57,250 nt of DNA from an uncultured virus (IMG/VR IMGVR_UViG_3300037488_003672). Its lineage: Duplodnaviria; Heunggongvirae; Uroviricota; Caudoviricetes. Below are positions 20,133 through 30,396 of this stretch, piece after piece (the first letter of the stretch is position 1; every line of letters starts with the position of its first letter). Made by a program: the position numbers and the translations under genes. The stretch is taken from IMG/VR virus record IMGVR_UViG_3300037488_003672. One strand, 5' to 3'. The notes below the pieces were generated by a model. It was not told the origin of the DNA. It ran no database searches and was given only the letters and a program-made list of their open reading frames with translations.

Positions 20133-20378
20133 GTGAGTTTTATATTTTCGTCAACTGATAAAAATACAATTGATTCCCAATTAGAACGGTTAGAAGTACC
20201 TAAACAGATGGTTATGTTCTATAAACCTTCCATTGTAAAGAAAATGGGAAAGAAATTTAAAGGGAAAAGTAATTATTATGTATTAAATCAATTTTTATTT
20301 AAAATAACTGGCGATAAATTCGAGAAAATATATTATAACATCGAATATTTGTCAAAAAATCCTCAAATTTTAAAGTGA
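20133..20378 (+). CDS. Hypothetical protein
   Basis: 81-aa ORF, first of a tight cluster. Confidence 0.55.
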   Translation: MSFIFSSTDKNTIDSQLERLEVPKQMVMFYKPSIVKKMGKKFKGKSNYYVLNQFLFKITGDKFEKIYYNIEYLSKNPQILK

Positions 20379-20384
20379 TCGACA

Positions 20385-20873
20385 ATGGACAAAGAAAAAA
20401 CAAAAACAATTAAAAAATGGGTTAAGCGAAGTTTTAAATTATTATTATTCTGTATGTTATTAGTTCAAATCTATTCATCTACCATTATGCTTATTGATAA
20501 TAAGGATAATATTACTCAAATGTCTCCCACTTTTGAATTTGATGAAACTACCTTCTCTTTAACTATTCTCATTCCCATTAAAATAGTCAATAACGGTCTT
20601 ATGGATTTGACGGGGATCTCTTTCTATATTAAACTATCAAATGAAACCATTTCGAAAGAATTTATCTTTCTCTTACCCAATATACCAAAAGGAACAACAA
20701 TGGATCAAGTCTATAATCTAACGCTGTTCTCTGGAATAACCGATGAAACACTTAATATCAAATCTTTGTTAGATTCAATGAATAGTTGTCTATTTGTTAC
20801 TAAATTTACAATATTCATTTTCCCAATTACAATTGAAGGTCATGCTAATGAAATTCAAACCGAGGTTGTTTAA
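20385..20873 (+). CDS. Membrane-anchored beta-sandwich (LEA_2-like) protein
   Basis: N-terminal TM; IPIKIVNNGLMDL motif. Confidence 0.55.
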   Translation: MDKEKTKTIKKWVKRSFKLLLFCMLLVQIYSSTIMLIDNKDNITQMSPTFEFDETTFSLTILIPIKIVNNGLMDLTGISFYIKLSNETISKEFIFLLPNIPKGTTMDQVYNLTLFSGITDETLNIKSLLDSMNSCLFVTKFTIFIFPITIEGHANEIQTEVV

Positions 20874-20874
20874 T

Positions 20875-21609
20875 ATGAATAAAGAAAAAATTGCATCAAT
20901 TACTCGAAAGGGAGCTATCAAAGCTTTTTTGCTTCTTCTCTTATTAATCGTAATAATTCTTTGGGATAAAGAAGTATTATCCATTCCCTTTATTGATCCT
21001 ATTCGAATCGGATTTAATTATATTACTATCGCCATCTTTGGTATTATTATTAAGTCAATCTCCGAATTATTCTTAGTAATAACAGTAATTTATTGTTTTA
21101 AGGCAATTCTAAATCTTTTGAAAGGAATAGTCGGTTCAGCGATTAATTTTGCCTATGATGTAATATTAATTTCAATGATTTGTATTCCCTTCGGGATTTT
21201 TTCCTTTGGATTAAATGGGATTGATCTTACAATGATTCTCTTTGGAACGACAAACTCTTGGGGTTTAACTATTGATATTGATATTAAATTTTTCATCATT
21301 CTCTTATTGATCTATAAAACAATCATATTCGGCATAGATATTCTGCAATATTTTGATCTCTCGGATTTTCAAAAATTACTCGAAGAATCAAAAGAAGAAA
21401 AAGAAGAAATTGGCGAAATTAAATTTGTTCATGATGAAGTAACCCATCAAAAAACCTATTATCCAACTGAAGTGATAAAAGGAAAAGAATTAGCTTATAT
21501 TAATAACGAATTAGTTTCGGTTGAAATTATAACCAAAAAGAAAGGATTTAACAAATACCATAAAATTAGAAATGAAACGGAATCAACTACTGAATATATC
21601 TTCGAATAA
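20875..21609 (+). CDS. Polytopic membrane protein
   Basis: About 4 TM helices; ATG 20875 directly after the upstream stop. Confidence 0.7.
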   Translation: MNKEKIASITRKGAIKAFLLLLLLIVIILWDKEVLSIPFIDPIRIGFNYITIAIFGIIIKSISELFLVITVIYCFKAILNLLKGIVGSAINFAYDVILISMICIPFGIFSFGLNGIDLTMILFGTTNSWGLTIDIDIKFFIILLLIYKTIIFGIDILQYFDLSDFQKLLEESKEEKEEIGEIKFVHDEVTHQKTYYPTEVIKGKELAYINNELVSVEIITKKKGFNKYHKIRNETESTTEYIFE

Positions 21610-21624
21610 TTTTTTTATTTCTTT

Positions 21625-21683
21625 TTCACGTGAATCTTATTTTGATATTTTTTCGAACCATAATTCCAATAAATTTTTATAAT
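21625..21683 (+). promoter_or_regulatory. Palindrome + TATA module
   Basis: CACGTG 21627, TTTTATAA 21675 (48 nt). Confidence 0.6.
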
Positions 21684-21715
21684 TGAAGAAATTTAAATAA
21701 ATCAATGATGTTTTT

Positions 21716-22057
21716 ATGACAAAGAATAAATCAAAAAACGAATTTATCATTCGGTCAGCAATAAAAAAATATATTGCTAAAAAACAAGCAGTTGTTCTAA
21801 ACGGACAAAATGTTGAATTACCTAACTTAAAAACAAGAGAAGACGCTTTAGAATTGATTATGGATCGTCTAAATATCTATATCGAAGAACAGTTAATTAA
21901 TTTAAAATTGTCTTTACCTCGTTTTGCAAGTGGGGAACGGAAAAACGAAATCAAATTTAAAACAATTGTGAGCAATCATTTGATTAGTAGTGAATTTCCT
22001 ATGATCAAAAAGCCAAGTCCCAATACTTTCGTTGATTCAATGGCAGAAATAATCTAA
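21716..22057 (+). CDS. Putative histone-fold protein
   Basis: IIRSAIKKYI (a1), KTREDALELIMDRLNIYIEEQL (L1-a2), KFKTIVSNHL (L2-a3, cf. RKTIKxEDI). Confidence 0.45.
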   Translation: MTKNKSKNEFIIRSAIKKYIAKKQAVVLNGQNVELPNLKTREDALELIMDRLNIYIEEQLINLKLSLPRFASGERKNEIKFKTIVSNHLISSEFPMIKKPSPNTFVDSMAEII

Positions 22058-22089
22058 TTTTTTCCTATTTTTCAAAAAAAGAAAAAACC

Positions 22090-23001
22090 CTATCCATTCA
22101 CTAAGGATTTATATAATTCTTTGTTAATCACATTCTTTCGAAATTTAAGTAAATCAAAAACCACATTTTCAACTAACGTAAAGATCTCACTATCAAATTC
22201 TTCTCTTCGATCTGTAACATCCATTTCATACGTTTTCATAATGGGTTCGATTTTTTTTTCCAAGAATTTCGCAAGAGTTCGTTCTTCTGGGAATAATGTA
22301 TTCATTAACTCCTTATCGTTAATGGTTAAAAATGGAATAACTAATCGCTTATTCTCTTCAATTAATTGACGTTGATAATCAACAGCATTGGCAATTGAAT
22401 TGTCATAGGTTTTCAGCCCTTCAATTTTTTTTCCTATTTTACTTTCAATTGCTTCTTTGGAAGACCACACATTATTATCGATCTCTCTCAATATTTTATC
22501 TTGAATCCCATCTTCCATATCTACCTTATACTTAAATTCAATTATATCGTAATAATCTTGAAAGTAATCTTTAAGAAAATCATAAAAGCCTAAAATAAAT
22601 CCTTCCAAAAGCAATGTTTCACCTTTTACAAAATACCTTTCATCGATGATCTTCTTCAATTCTAAAAGATCGGTTGGAGTAATATCTTGAATCTTAGCAA
22701 TAAAATCGTCTAAGACTTTACGAACTTGCTCTTGATTTAACGTCTTTAAAGATTCAGTCCCCTTCGTTTTTGATGCTTTAGTTTCTTTTTCTCTCGCAGA
22801 TACTTCTTCAAAATATTTGTCCTTTACTAATTTTGCATAAAACCCTTCTAACTTTTTGATGAGACTCTTTGAATAAACTTTAAAGATCCGTCTTAATTGT
22901 TCATTTCCTTTATCTGAAAATGCTAATGAATACATAACCATCGCCATTTCATTATTTGATTTAGAAGGTTTTGTATTTCCCATACCAAATTTTAGAGACA
23001 T
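22090..23001 (-). CDS. Hypothetical helical protein
   Basis: 303-aa ORF. Confidence 0.75.
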   Translation of the reverse strand: MSLKFGMGNTKPSKSNNEMAMVMYSLAFSDKGNEQLRRIFKVYSKSLIKKLEGFYAKLVKDKYFEEVSAREKETKASKTKGTESLKTLNQEQVRKVLDDFIAKIQDITPTDLLELKKIIDERYFVKGETLLLEGFILGFYDFLKDYFQDYYDIIEFKYKVDMEDGIQDKILREIDNNVWSSKEAIESKIGKKIEGLKTYDNSIANAVDYQRQLIEENKRLVIPFLTINDKELMNTLFPEERTLAKFLEKKIEPIMKTYEMDVTDRREEFDSEIFTLVENVVFDLLKFRKNVINKELYKSLVNG

Positions 23002-23093
23002 TATTTTTCCACGTGAAATATTTATATTTTAAAATATATAATATTAATCAAACTAATAAATTTTTAGAGAAATCTTCTTAAAGTTGAAAATAT

Positions 23094-25136
23094 ATGGAAA
23101 AAAAAGGGTTTATTGGAATTATCATAACCATTCTTATGATAATGAGCATAGGGATTTACTCCTTTGCGAACTCGAATATTACTAACGCATCATTATTAGA
23201 ACGTTATAATCCCGAAGAAGAAGCCTTTTGGAACGTAGTTCCCGAAGATGTTTTAATTTATGCAATCTATGATTCATTGATCTATAATGAAACTGGATTC
23301 AATACTCAAGATATTGCGTTATTACGTAATGAAATATTAGCAATTGATGATCAAGGAATCGATAGTGATACTTATCCCGATCTTCTTATGAACTCTGAAT
23401 TTCTTATTGGAAATGAAAATTTTGGTGTAACTATCGGACAATATCTCGATCTCTCGTTCTTAAATCTTATTGAACCAATAGCAACCCTTATCCAAGGCGG
23501 AGTTATGGATAACAATTCCAATATTATTCTTCCATCTTTAAATTCGCTTCATTTTGTTAATTCTGAAGTCTTAAACATCTTAGATGCCTTTCAAACATTC
23601 TTCGCAAGTGAAAATGCCGATGGTAATCTCCCCCTATATTCTTTTAATACTGGAGTTGAAAACACTAATTTATCTAGTACTTTCTTAATGAGTATGTTAG
23701 ATCCTCTAAATAGTGTCACCTATCAATATATGCCATTAGAACGAAATGAAAGCATTGGATTAAGATTTATTCAGAATAATATAACTGGATCTGCTTTTAT
23801 TGCAACAACCAATTTAGACGAATCAACTACTGCTGGATCTTTTGGATATGATTTTTTAATTAATGATACACTTTCAAATTTTACAACGGTCTCTGGCGAT
23901 TTTTATGGTGATAATCCCTTTACAGAAATGAATGGAATTATTTTTACAATAGTTGGGGAAGAAATTTTCATTTATAATGGTGAATTTATTTGGTTTGATA
24001 ATGGAATTATTCAAAATTGGGTTCCTAATCCATTTGCTCAATCCTATTCAAAAATTGCTGACATTGAATTGAATACATGGAATAATATTGAAGTAATTTA
24101 CCCTAACAATTACACAGAAAAAGTAAAATTTCACATAAACGATCAAATAATTGATGTAAATTATTCCGTATCCGATCCTATTTATGATTTTAAAACTTCC
24201 ACGACAATGATGGGAGCTACACCATTTAATAGCAATCCCACTACTTTCTATTTAGACAATCTTGATTTTGATCAGATCAATGTAACTGAAGCAGTTCCTC
24301 CCGCAATGGATGGATCGAATTTAAGAATATTATTAGAAAATATTGATCTTTTCAATCTATTAAAAGTCTTTAGCCTTTATAGTATGTTATTCTTTCCAAA
24401 AACAATTAATTTTGATGTATTTTATGATACGTTATTAAATTTGATTCAATATGTTGATGAAATGCTTTTAAAAAACTTTAATCTTGGCTTTTCACTTGTT
24501 GATATATTTAATGCAATGGCGATCAACAATGATCGACAATTTAAAATAACCTATAACAGCACAATGGCAAAAGACACATGGGATAGTATTTCTGAAAATA
24601 TTCCAATGCTTCCGAATGTTGATTTTGAATTTATCGAAGGGGATACTGATTGGGTTATTGAGATGTCTTGGGATAAACAAATTAATGTTATGAATTGTTC
24701 TCGCATTATTTGTAATTATTTAGATATTGGTGTAGTGAGAGAGATAGGAATGAAATTGATTGCTACAAGATCACCGAAAGGTTTTGCGGATGGATATACC
24801 TATTTTGTGGGAGATTGGTATGATTCTAATATTACAACGCCAGTTCTCCGACCTTACGTTCGAACCACTTCTCAACTCAATGTAGATATTTATCCTTCGA
24901 CAATTCCTAAAGAATACGATATTTTCAATCCCGATATTCTTACCCAAGCATTTATGAGCGAATTTAATTATAACCCAGTCTTAGATCAAATAGTCCGAGA
25001 TAATTTGCCTCTCATTGCTCTTGGTCTTGCGGGAATTGTTGCGGGTTCCAGTCTGTTCACAATTCTTAGTAGTTCACTTGTGGATTTAATAAAAAAACGC
25101 AAACTTGGTAAAATTTCTCCCGAACCATTATTATAA
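23094..25136 (+). CDS. Large secreted/surface glycoprotein with C-terminal anchor (paralog A)
   Basis: Signal peptide, many N-x-S/T sequons, C-terminal TM + KKRK. Confidence 0.8.
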   Translation: MEKKGFIGIIITILMIMSIGIYSFANSNITNASLLERYNPEEEAFWNVVPEDVLIYAIYDSLIYNETGFNTQDIALLRNEILAIDDQGIDSDTYPDLLMNSEFLIGNENFGVTIGQYLDLSFLNLIEPIATLIQGGVMDNNSNIILPSLNSLHFVNSEVLNILDAFQTFFASENADGNLPLYSFNTGVENTNLSSTFLMSMLDPLNSVTYQYMPLERNESIGLRFIQNNITGSAFIATTNLDESTTAGSFGYDFLINDTLSNFTTVSGDFYGDNPFTEMNGIIFTIVGEEIFIYNGEFIWFDNGIIQNWVPNPFAQSYSKIADIELNTWNNIEVIYPNNYTEKVKFHINDQIIDVNYSVSDPIYDFKTSTTMMGATPFNSNPTTFYLDNLDFDQINVTEAVPPAMDGSNLRILLENIDLFNLLKVFSLYSMLFFPKTINFDVFYDTLLNLIQYVDEMLLKNFNLGFSLVDIFNAMAINNDRQFKITYNSTMAKDTWDSISENIPMLPNVDFEFIEGDTDWVIEMSWDKQINVMNCSRIICNYLDIGVVREIGMKLIATRSPKGFADGYTYFVGDWYDSNITTPVLRPYVRTTSQLNVDIYPSTIPKEYDIFNPDILTQAFMSEFNYNPVLDQIVRDNLPLIALGLAGIVAGSSLFTILSSSLVDLIKKRKLGKISPEPLL

Positions 25137-25163
25137 TTTTTTTCAATCAAAAGGGGTATTCAC

Positions 25164-27344
25164 ATGACAAACACAAATAAAAAAGCAATTTTGATCTTTC
25201 TATTATTTGCATCATTAATCCCGATCTCTCTTTCGATTTCATCAATCATTACTGACAATTTGGGTTCGGAACCGATTAATACAGATGCTAATAATAGTCC
25301 TAACTATTGGAAATTAACTCCAAATGATGAAATTATTTGGATTCTCAATGATACTCAATATTATAAAGATAAATTCGTATCGGCGTATTATGGATATTTA
25401 CAAAGTAAAATTGCCGATATTTCCGATCTTTCAACCGATGCTGATAATATATCCGACTTAGCAATTGAAAATAACTTATTATTTGGCTTAGACTCTGCAA
25501 ATTTTCCAATATCAATCTACAATCCTATTGACATATTATCAAAAACACTTTTTCCTATTTTTTTGAATTTTGTTTTATCTATGAATCCCAATAAAACAGA
25601 ATACCTAAATTTAGATGCTCAAAGATTAGGTTCCAATAATCTTGACACATATAACGCTTTAATCCCAGCTCCTCAATTACCTTTAGATTATTTAAGTTCG
25701 TCTTTTTGGGAAAATCTAAATCATACTCTTGAATATATGTTCAATAAACAAGACGATTATTTTTGGAATTATGAAATCTTCGAAGATCTTATGAACTCTC
25801 CCTTATTGCCTAATTATTATGGAATTTATCAAAATTATTCTCAAGCATTTGGAAATGAAATTAATTTAAAACACATGCCAAAAGAACGTAATTTCTCTCT
25901 CGGATTAGAAATGACGAATAATAATTCTATAATTTCATCGGATAATACGGAATCGATTATTACTGTTAGTCATATCTTAGGAAATTTAAATAGTACTGAT
26001 AGTGTATATCAAGACTTTGGCTCTTCTTTTTGGGGTAATTTTGATTTTAATTTTTTCCTTTCCCAAAATTCAAGTCTTCTCTTAAGTTTTACTAAAGAAA
26101 ATATTCTATCCATGAATCCATCTTCCTTTGTAAATGATAATCAGAGTTTTTTTCTTCTATTGGAAAATAACACAATTTATTATTTAGAAAAAAGTTATTT
26201 CACTGGATATACAAGAGATGAATTACCTTCTCTCGACTGGAATTATCATATTATAGAAAATTTTAATGCGGGGAATTGGACTAAATTATTTGGAGAAGAG
26301 ATGGTTTGGGATAAATTAACTGTTGCTGAACAATGGAATAAACTCTTCTTACAATATGGGAGAACCCCATATATGACCAATAACGCTTCCCTTACGTTGA
26401 AAATCGATGAAGATTCTTCTCATCAAAGATTAATTTTCTTACAATATGTGGATAACGATTCTAATGCAATTCCGAACGAATTTATTCCTCAATATGTGAA
26501 TTTTCAAATTGTTAAATCCAATGGTACTTTTCAAACTTGTATTGACGATTGGTTAAGAACTTCGGAGATGAATGAAGTCCCAATGGGATTACTCGAATCA
26601 CCTCAAATGTTCTCATCTTCAATCAACAATCCGTTTTATTGGTTATCGATCATAGAACCGTCTTTGCTAACTATTTTTCCCAATGATGAATGTTTTAATG
26701 TGACTGCATTTTTGAAAAATCTGTTTAGTATGATTCCATCCGAAGCAGAAAATTTAGGACTTAATCTCTTGCTAATTGAAAATGATTCAGAGTTTGGGTT
26801 TATGATAGATCAAGATTTTCTCAATAATGCCTATAATTTAATTGTTAATGAAACAGAGATGAATGGAACTGAATTGAGAACATATTTTGGGAGAGCGACA
26901 TGGAATATTACTTTCATACTCGATAAAGAAGTTAATTTATTAAAACGAATTAACTTTCACATTCATCAACTTGATCTTCAAACCGAACGCTTTATTAGTA
27001 TTGAATTGAAAAAAACAAAAACCGATGGAAAGATCATTTTGGGATATGGTTTTTGGGATAAACCCTTTTACGATAATACAAAACAATATCTCTTCATGAA
27101 TCAAACCTTTAGATCTCGTTTGTTTGATGACAAATATAATGATATTCTTCAATTAAGTGATTATCCCTCAAATATTATCTTGACAATTAACCAAATGATC
27201 GGAGATGTGTCGCCATCCGACATATTTTCTTCTCTGTTGGCTGAAAATCCCGTTGAATTATCCTTAATTTTGGGGGGAATAATTTTAACAACTGTTATTC
27301 CAAGCTTATTAGTTTGGAAAAGAATACGTAAAAATCAACCATAA
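25164..27344 (+). CDS. Large secreted/surface glycoprotein with C-terminal anchor (paralog B)
   Basis: Same architecture; MPKERNFSLGL vs MPLERNESIGL shared with paralog A. Confidence 0.8.
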   Translation: MTNTNKKAILIFLLFASLIPISLSISSIITDNLGSEPINTDANNSPNYWKLTPNDEIIWILNDTQYYKDKFVSAYYGYLQSKIADISDLSTDADNISDLAIENNLLFGLDSANFPISIYNPIDILSKTLFPIFLNFVLSMNPNKTEYLNLDAQRLGSNNLDTYNALIPAPQLPLDYLSSSFWENLNHTLEYMFNKQDDYFWNYEIFEDLMNSPLLPNYYGIYQNYSQAFGNEINLKHMPKERNFSLGLEMTNNNSIISSDNTESIITVSHILGNLNSTDSVYQDFGSSFWGNFDFNFFLSQNSSLLLSFTKENILSMNPSSFVNDNQSFFLLLENNTIYYLEKSYFTGYTRDELPSLDWNYHIIENFNAGNWTKLFGEEMVWDKLTVAEQWNKLFLQYGRTPYMTNNASLTLKIDEDSSHQRLIFLQYVDNDSNAIPNEFIPQYVNFQIVKSNGTFQTCIDDWLRTSEMNEVPMGLLESPQMFSSSINNPFYWLSIIEPSLLTIFPNDECFNVTAFLKNLFSMIPSEAENLGLNLLLIENDSEFGFMIDQDFLNNAYNLIVNETEMNGTELRTYFGRATWNITFILDKEVNLLKRINFHIHQLDLQTERFISIELKKTKTDGKIILGYGFWDKPFYDNTKQYLFMNQTFRSRLFDDKYNDILQLSDYPSNIILTINQMIGDVSPSDIFSSLLAENPVELSLILGGIILTTVIPSLLVWKRIRKNQP

Positions 27345-27389
27345 ATCCCTTTTTTCCTAATTTTTATATTCCTCAAATCTTTTTGCATC

Positions 27390-27611
27390 TTGATTATAAT
27401 GAATCAAATCGAAAATGAAAAAATAAAAAAATATCAACTTGAAAAAATTAAACATAAAATCATAGAATTAGAAAATGATTGTAAAATTGCTTGGAAAATG
27501 GATGATCTAAAAAGATTAGACCAATTGAACAATCAAATTAAAGTCTTATCTGAAAAGATCAAATCTAAAACGAATTTTAAAGAATCGCTCTTACTTTTTT
27601 TAATGGGATAA
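27390..27611 (+). CDS. Small coiled-coil protein
   Basis: 73 aa, heptad pattern. Confidence 0.55.
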   Translation: MIIMNQIENEKIKKYQLEKIKHKIIELENDCKIAWKMDDLKRLDQLNNQIKVLSEKIKSKTNFKESLLLFLMG

Positions 27612-27644
27612 TCGATTATTTTTTCTTTCCAATAAAAATATTAA

Positions 27645-27702
27645 TTCACGTGAATTACCATCTACTCATATTTTATGACCTTTACAACAGTATATTTATA
27701 AG
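27645..27702 (+). promoter_or_regulatory. Palindrome + TATA module
   Basis: CACGTG 27647, TTTATAAG 27695 (48 nt), ATG 27724. Confidence 0.65.
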
Positions 27703-27723
27703 GTTCATACGCCTTATTTTATT

Positions 27724-27981
27724 ATGAACAAATTAGACCTCATTCTAATGAGTATCAAAAACGATGATCTTTTTTTCTCAGTTCATTCGATCATCGAACG
27801 AGTCATCTATGCAACCTATAAACGTTATATTATGTTTCTAATGCGTATAAACGCTCAAAATCTCATTCAAAAAGAAATTAATACCTATTCTTCTTATAAT
27901 CTTAAATTTGAGACGTTTATTTCCGATATTAAACGAGATATTCTTGCATATTTAATAATATATCAATTTATCAACGAATAA
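27724..27981 (+). CDS. Hypothetical protein
   Basis: 85-aa ORF with own promoter. Confidence 0.6.
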   Translation: MNKLDLILMSIKNDDLFFSVHSIIERVIYATYKRYIMFLMRINAQNLIQKEINTYSSYNLKFETFISDIKRDILAYLIIYQFINE

Positions 27982-28017
27982 TTATTCCTTTTTTTATAAT
28001 TATCTAATTATATTAAA

Positions 28018-28075
28018 TTCACGTGAAAATAATAAACATTATTTCTTTCATAAATAAAACCAATAAATTTATATA
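28018..28075 (+). promoter_or_regulatory. Palindrome + TATA module
   Basis: CACGTG 28020, TTTATATA 28068 (48 nt). Confidence 0.65.
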
Positions 28076-28107
28076 TTTAATCAAATATAATTTCAATAAG
28101 GATTTTT

Positions 28108-28476
28108 ATGAAAAAAAAAGAAGAACAATCTATCGGATTGCTTTGTTATCTCCATTTTTTAACCGAAATAAAGGAAAAAAAATTCGAGATCTACGAAAGC
28201 GAATTTATGATGAATGAACATATTGGAAATATTAAATATTTTGGTAATTCAACCGTTGAGATTCAAATCCATCGAGCAAAAGACACCGAACCACTAAAAA
28301 TTGAACTTTTTTTAGACAATGAATATAAAAAAGAAGATGAAATATTGGAAATTGATAAGAAATTTGTCCTTAAGGAACTTGATCGTTCTTTAAAATTCAT
28401 CAAAAAGAAAGGAATTGCGTATTTTTTTAATTATTCAATAGATATAAATCTGAAGTGGAAATCATGGAACAAATGA
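28108..28476 (+). CDS. Hypothetical protein
   Basis: 122-aa ORF. Confidence 0.65.
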   Translation: MKKKEEQSIGLLCYLHFLTEIKEKKFEIYESEFMMNEHIGNIKYFGNSTVEIQIHRAKDTEPLKIELFLDNEYKKEDEILEIDKKFVLKELDRSLKFIKKKGIAYFFNYSIDINLKWKSWNK

Positions 28477-28703
28477 GAGCTGTGAGCATATTAAACAATG
28501 GAATGAAGATCTATTCCACATCGTTTGAAATAAAACCTAAAGAGAACCAAATTATTTTCTCTTTGGATGGAAAAATACAACAAACCGAACCCCTATCTAA
28601 TATCCTATGCTTGTGGGGACTTTCATTAGAAGGTCTAAACGATAAACAAAAAATAACCACAATATCTAATACTTTTTTTAAACCCATTAAACCGAAAAAA
28701 TAA
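28455..28703 (+). CDS. Hypothetical protein
   Basis: 82-aa ORF; ATG 28473 overlaps the upstream stop. Confidence 0.55.
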   Translation: MEIMEQMRAVSILNNGMKIYSTSFEIKPKENQIIFSLDGKIQQTEPLSNILCLWGLSLEGLNDKQKITTISNTFFKPIKPKK

Positions 28704-28713
28704 TGGTGTTAAA

Positions 28714-28890
28714 ATGAGTTGCGAACAATATAAAGAATGTGTTGTTTGTCGTGCAGAAGCGTACGACGTTTATGACAATCAATGGTTATGTTTGAATTGT
28801 ATGATTAAGAGACAAAATGAAATTGATAGACATTTTAAAGAAAAGTCTGAACAAATTATGAAATCTCTTCATAATTCGTCTCACCATTAA
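28714..28890 (+). CDS. Small zinc-finger protein (58 aa, not in ORF track)
   Basis: Own translation MSCEQYKECVVC...WLCLNC...SSHH*. Confidence 0.55.
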   Translation: MSCEQYKECVVCRAEAYDVYDNQWLCLNCMIKRQNEIDRHFKEKSEQIMKSLHNSSHH

Positions 28891-28891
28891 C
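28868..28891. repeat. 24-bp direct repeat, left copy
   Basis: TTCATAATTCGTCTCACCATTAAC, identical to 32411-32434. Confidence 0.9.
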
Positions 28892-28927
28892 AGATGTTCT
28901 TTTTTTTATTTCTTCAATTATTTCCAA

Positions 28928-28985
28928 TTCACGTGAAAATTATCTTCCGTATTTTTATTATATTCGAAACCCATATATTTATATA
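28928..28985 (+). promoter_or_regulatory. Palindrome + TATA module
   Basis: CACGTG 28930, TTTATATA 28978 (48 nt). Confidence 0.65.
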
Positions 28986-29018
28986 CTTCAATAATCTATA
29001 TTTTCTTAAGGAATTGTT

Positions 29019-29627
29019 ATGACTGAAATAAACGAAAAATTATATTCCCTTATTTTTAAATTTGTTCAAGGGAGTGAGTCTGCGGAATACCAATTAGGAC
29101 AAATAGGACAAATGGAAGAAGATATGCCTTCAGAAGAAGATCGGCGTAATATCTCAATATGGAAAGCATTTTTTATTAAAATCAAGATTGAAGAATTAAT
29201 TGCGAATGTATATCAACGAATCGAAACGAAGTCTTTCGGTTTTGAGAACATCTTTAAATATTTTGAAGATGTTTTCTCAAGAGATATGGCTACAATCACA
29301 AAAATTGTTTTCGATCTCCAAGAAATATTCGAAAAAGAAGAAAAACTTTATGATGCCTATCGTTCATTGCGATTAGATGTGGTCGGAATCTGGAATAAGT
29401 ACTTCGAATTAAAAAATAAAATGCGTTTGAAGGGTGAAATAAGAGACGATGTGATCATTTTAGGTTCAAGGAACATAATTGAAACAAAAGCTCTCCGCTT
29501 TAAACAAAAAGGGGATCGCCCTAATGGCGAAGTTTTGGAAATAAAAATTGGAACTGAAGATTCCACGATAAATGATCGCAGTATCAAAACTATCAATTCT
29601 ATTTTGTATTGCTGTCCTCGACAATAA
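29019..29627 (+). CDS. Hypothetical protein
   Basis: 202-aa ORF. Confidence 0.7.
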   Translation: MTEINEKLYSLIFKFVQGSESAEYQLGQIGQMEEDMPSEEDRRNISIWKAFFIKIKIEELIANVYQRIETKSFGFENIFKYFEDVFSRDMATITKIVFDLQEIFEKEEKLYDAYRSLRLDVVGIWNKYFELKNKMRLKGEIRDDVIILGSRNIIETKALRFKQKGDRPNGEVLEIKIGTEDSTINDRSIKTINSILYCCPRQ

Positions 29628-29641
29628 TTTTTTTCTTCTTT

Positions 29642-30328
29642 TTAATAATTTAACTCTGCTAATCTGAAATTACTAAAGTCAGCAAAAGTTTTTACGATTT
29701 CAAAGGCAAGAACATATCTCCCCATATACGATCCGACCTTCAAAATTGTCCCAGAGCCAGAGAAACAATCTAAAACAATATCGTCTGGGTTTGAGAAGAT
29801 AAAGACCAACATTTCCACTAATTCTTTGGGAAGCTTATTTGGCGTTTTTATCAACCCTTTCCAATATTCACGTGGAATCTCAAATATTTCCATTTTTTCA
29901 TCATACTCAGTGGTCATAATATCTTCGCAGTACCAAATTGGTTTATTAAACGTAAATTTAGTTTTATGCTTTGAGCAAAAAAAGATCTTATAGTGAGACG
30001 AAACAAATTTACGCTTCGTGAATAGACCAAAATTATATCTCCAAATGATCTCATTCTGCAAATAAAAATTATTCTCATTAATCGCATTTAATATATCTCG
30101 CTGATTACTCCAACTGGAGACAATAATTAATGTTCCATGCTTTGTCAATTTTGAATAGGCTTTTTGAATCCATTGATTTGAAAATAACGCATAATCTGCT
30201 AATGCTATCTCATGATACCCTTCCATGACATTCACACTATCACGATTATAGTTTAAAGTCTCTGGCTTTCCATTCTCTATCGCAAAAGGACAATCGGTTA
30301 TGATCGTATCAACGCTTTCGTTAGGCAA
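29642..30328 (-). CDS. N4C/N6A DNA methyltransferase (beta class), 5'-truncated
   Basis: TDCPF (motif IV) precedes LDCFSGSG (motif I); native N-terminus displaced to 31168-31401. Confidence 0.8.
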   Translation of the reverse strand: MPNESVDTIITDCPFAIENGKPETLNYNRDSVNVMEGYHEIALADYALFSNQWIQKAYSKLTKHGTLIIVSSWSNQRDILNAINENNFYLQNEIIWRYNFGLFTKRKFVSSHYKIFFCSKHKTKFTFNKPIWYCEDIMTTEYDEKMEIFEIPREYWKGLIKTPNKLPKELVEMLVFIFSNPDDIVLDCFSGSGTILKVGSYMGRYVLAFEIVKTFADFSNFRLAELNY

Positions 30329-30331
30329 TTG
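30261..30331. repeat. 71-bp direct repeat A (partner 31199-31269)
   Basis: Identical except for 1 mismatch. Confidence 0.9.
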
Positions 30332-30340
30332 GCATGATTA

Positions 30341-30396
30341 TCATTCATATTATCGCAGAATCGAACTTCCCCATAATTACCTTTAATTGTTTTCAT
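30341..30396. repeat. 56-bp direct repeat B (partner 31107-31162)
   Basis: Exact second copy of the first 56 nt of the 30383-31162 gene. Confidence 0.9.

Noticed and set aside
30341..30396. Programmed frameshift fusing the second MTase-B start to MTase-A
   Set aside because: The frames differ by 1 nt, but no slippery sequence is visible at the junction
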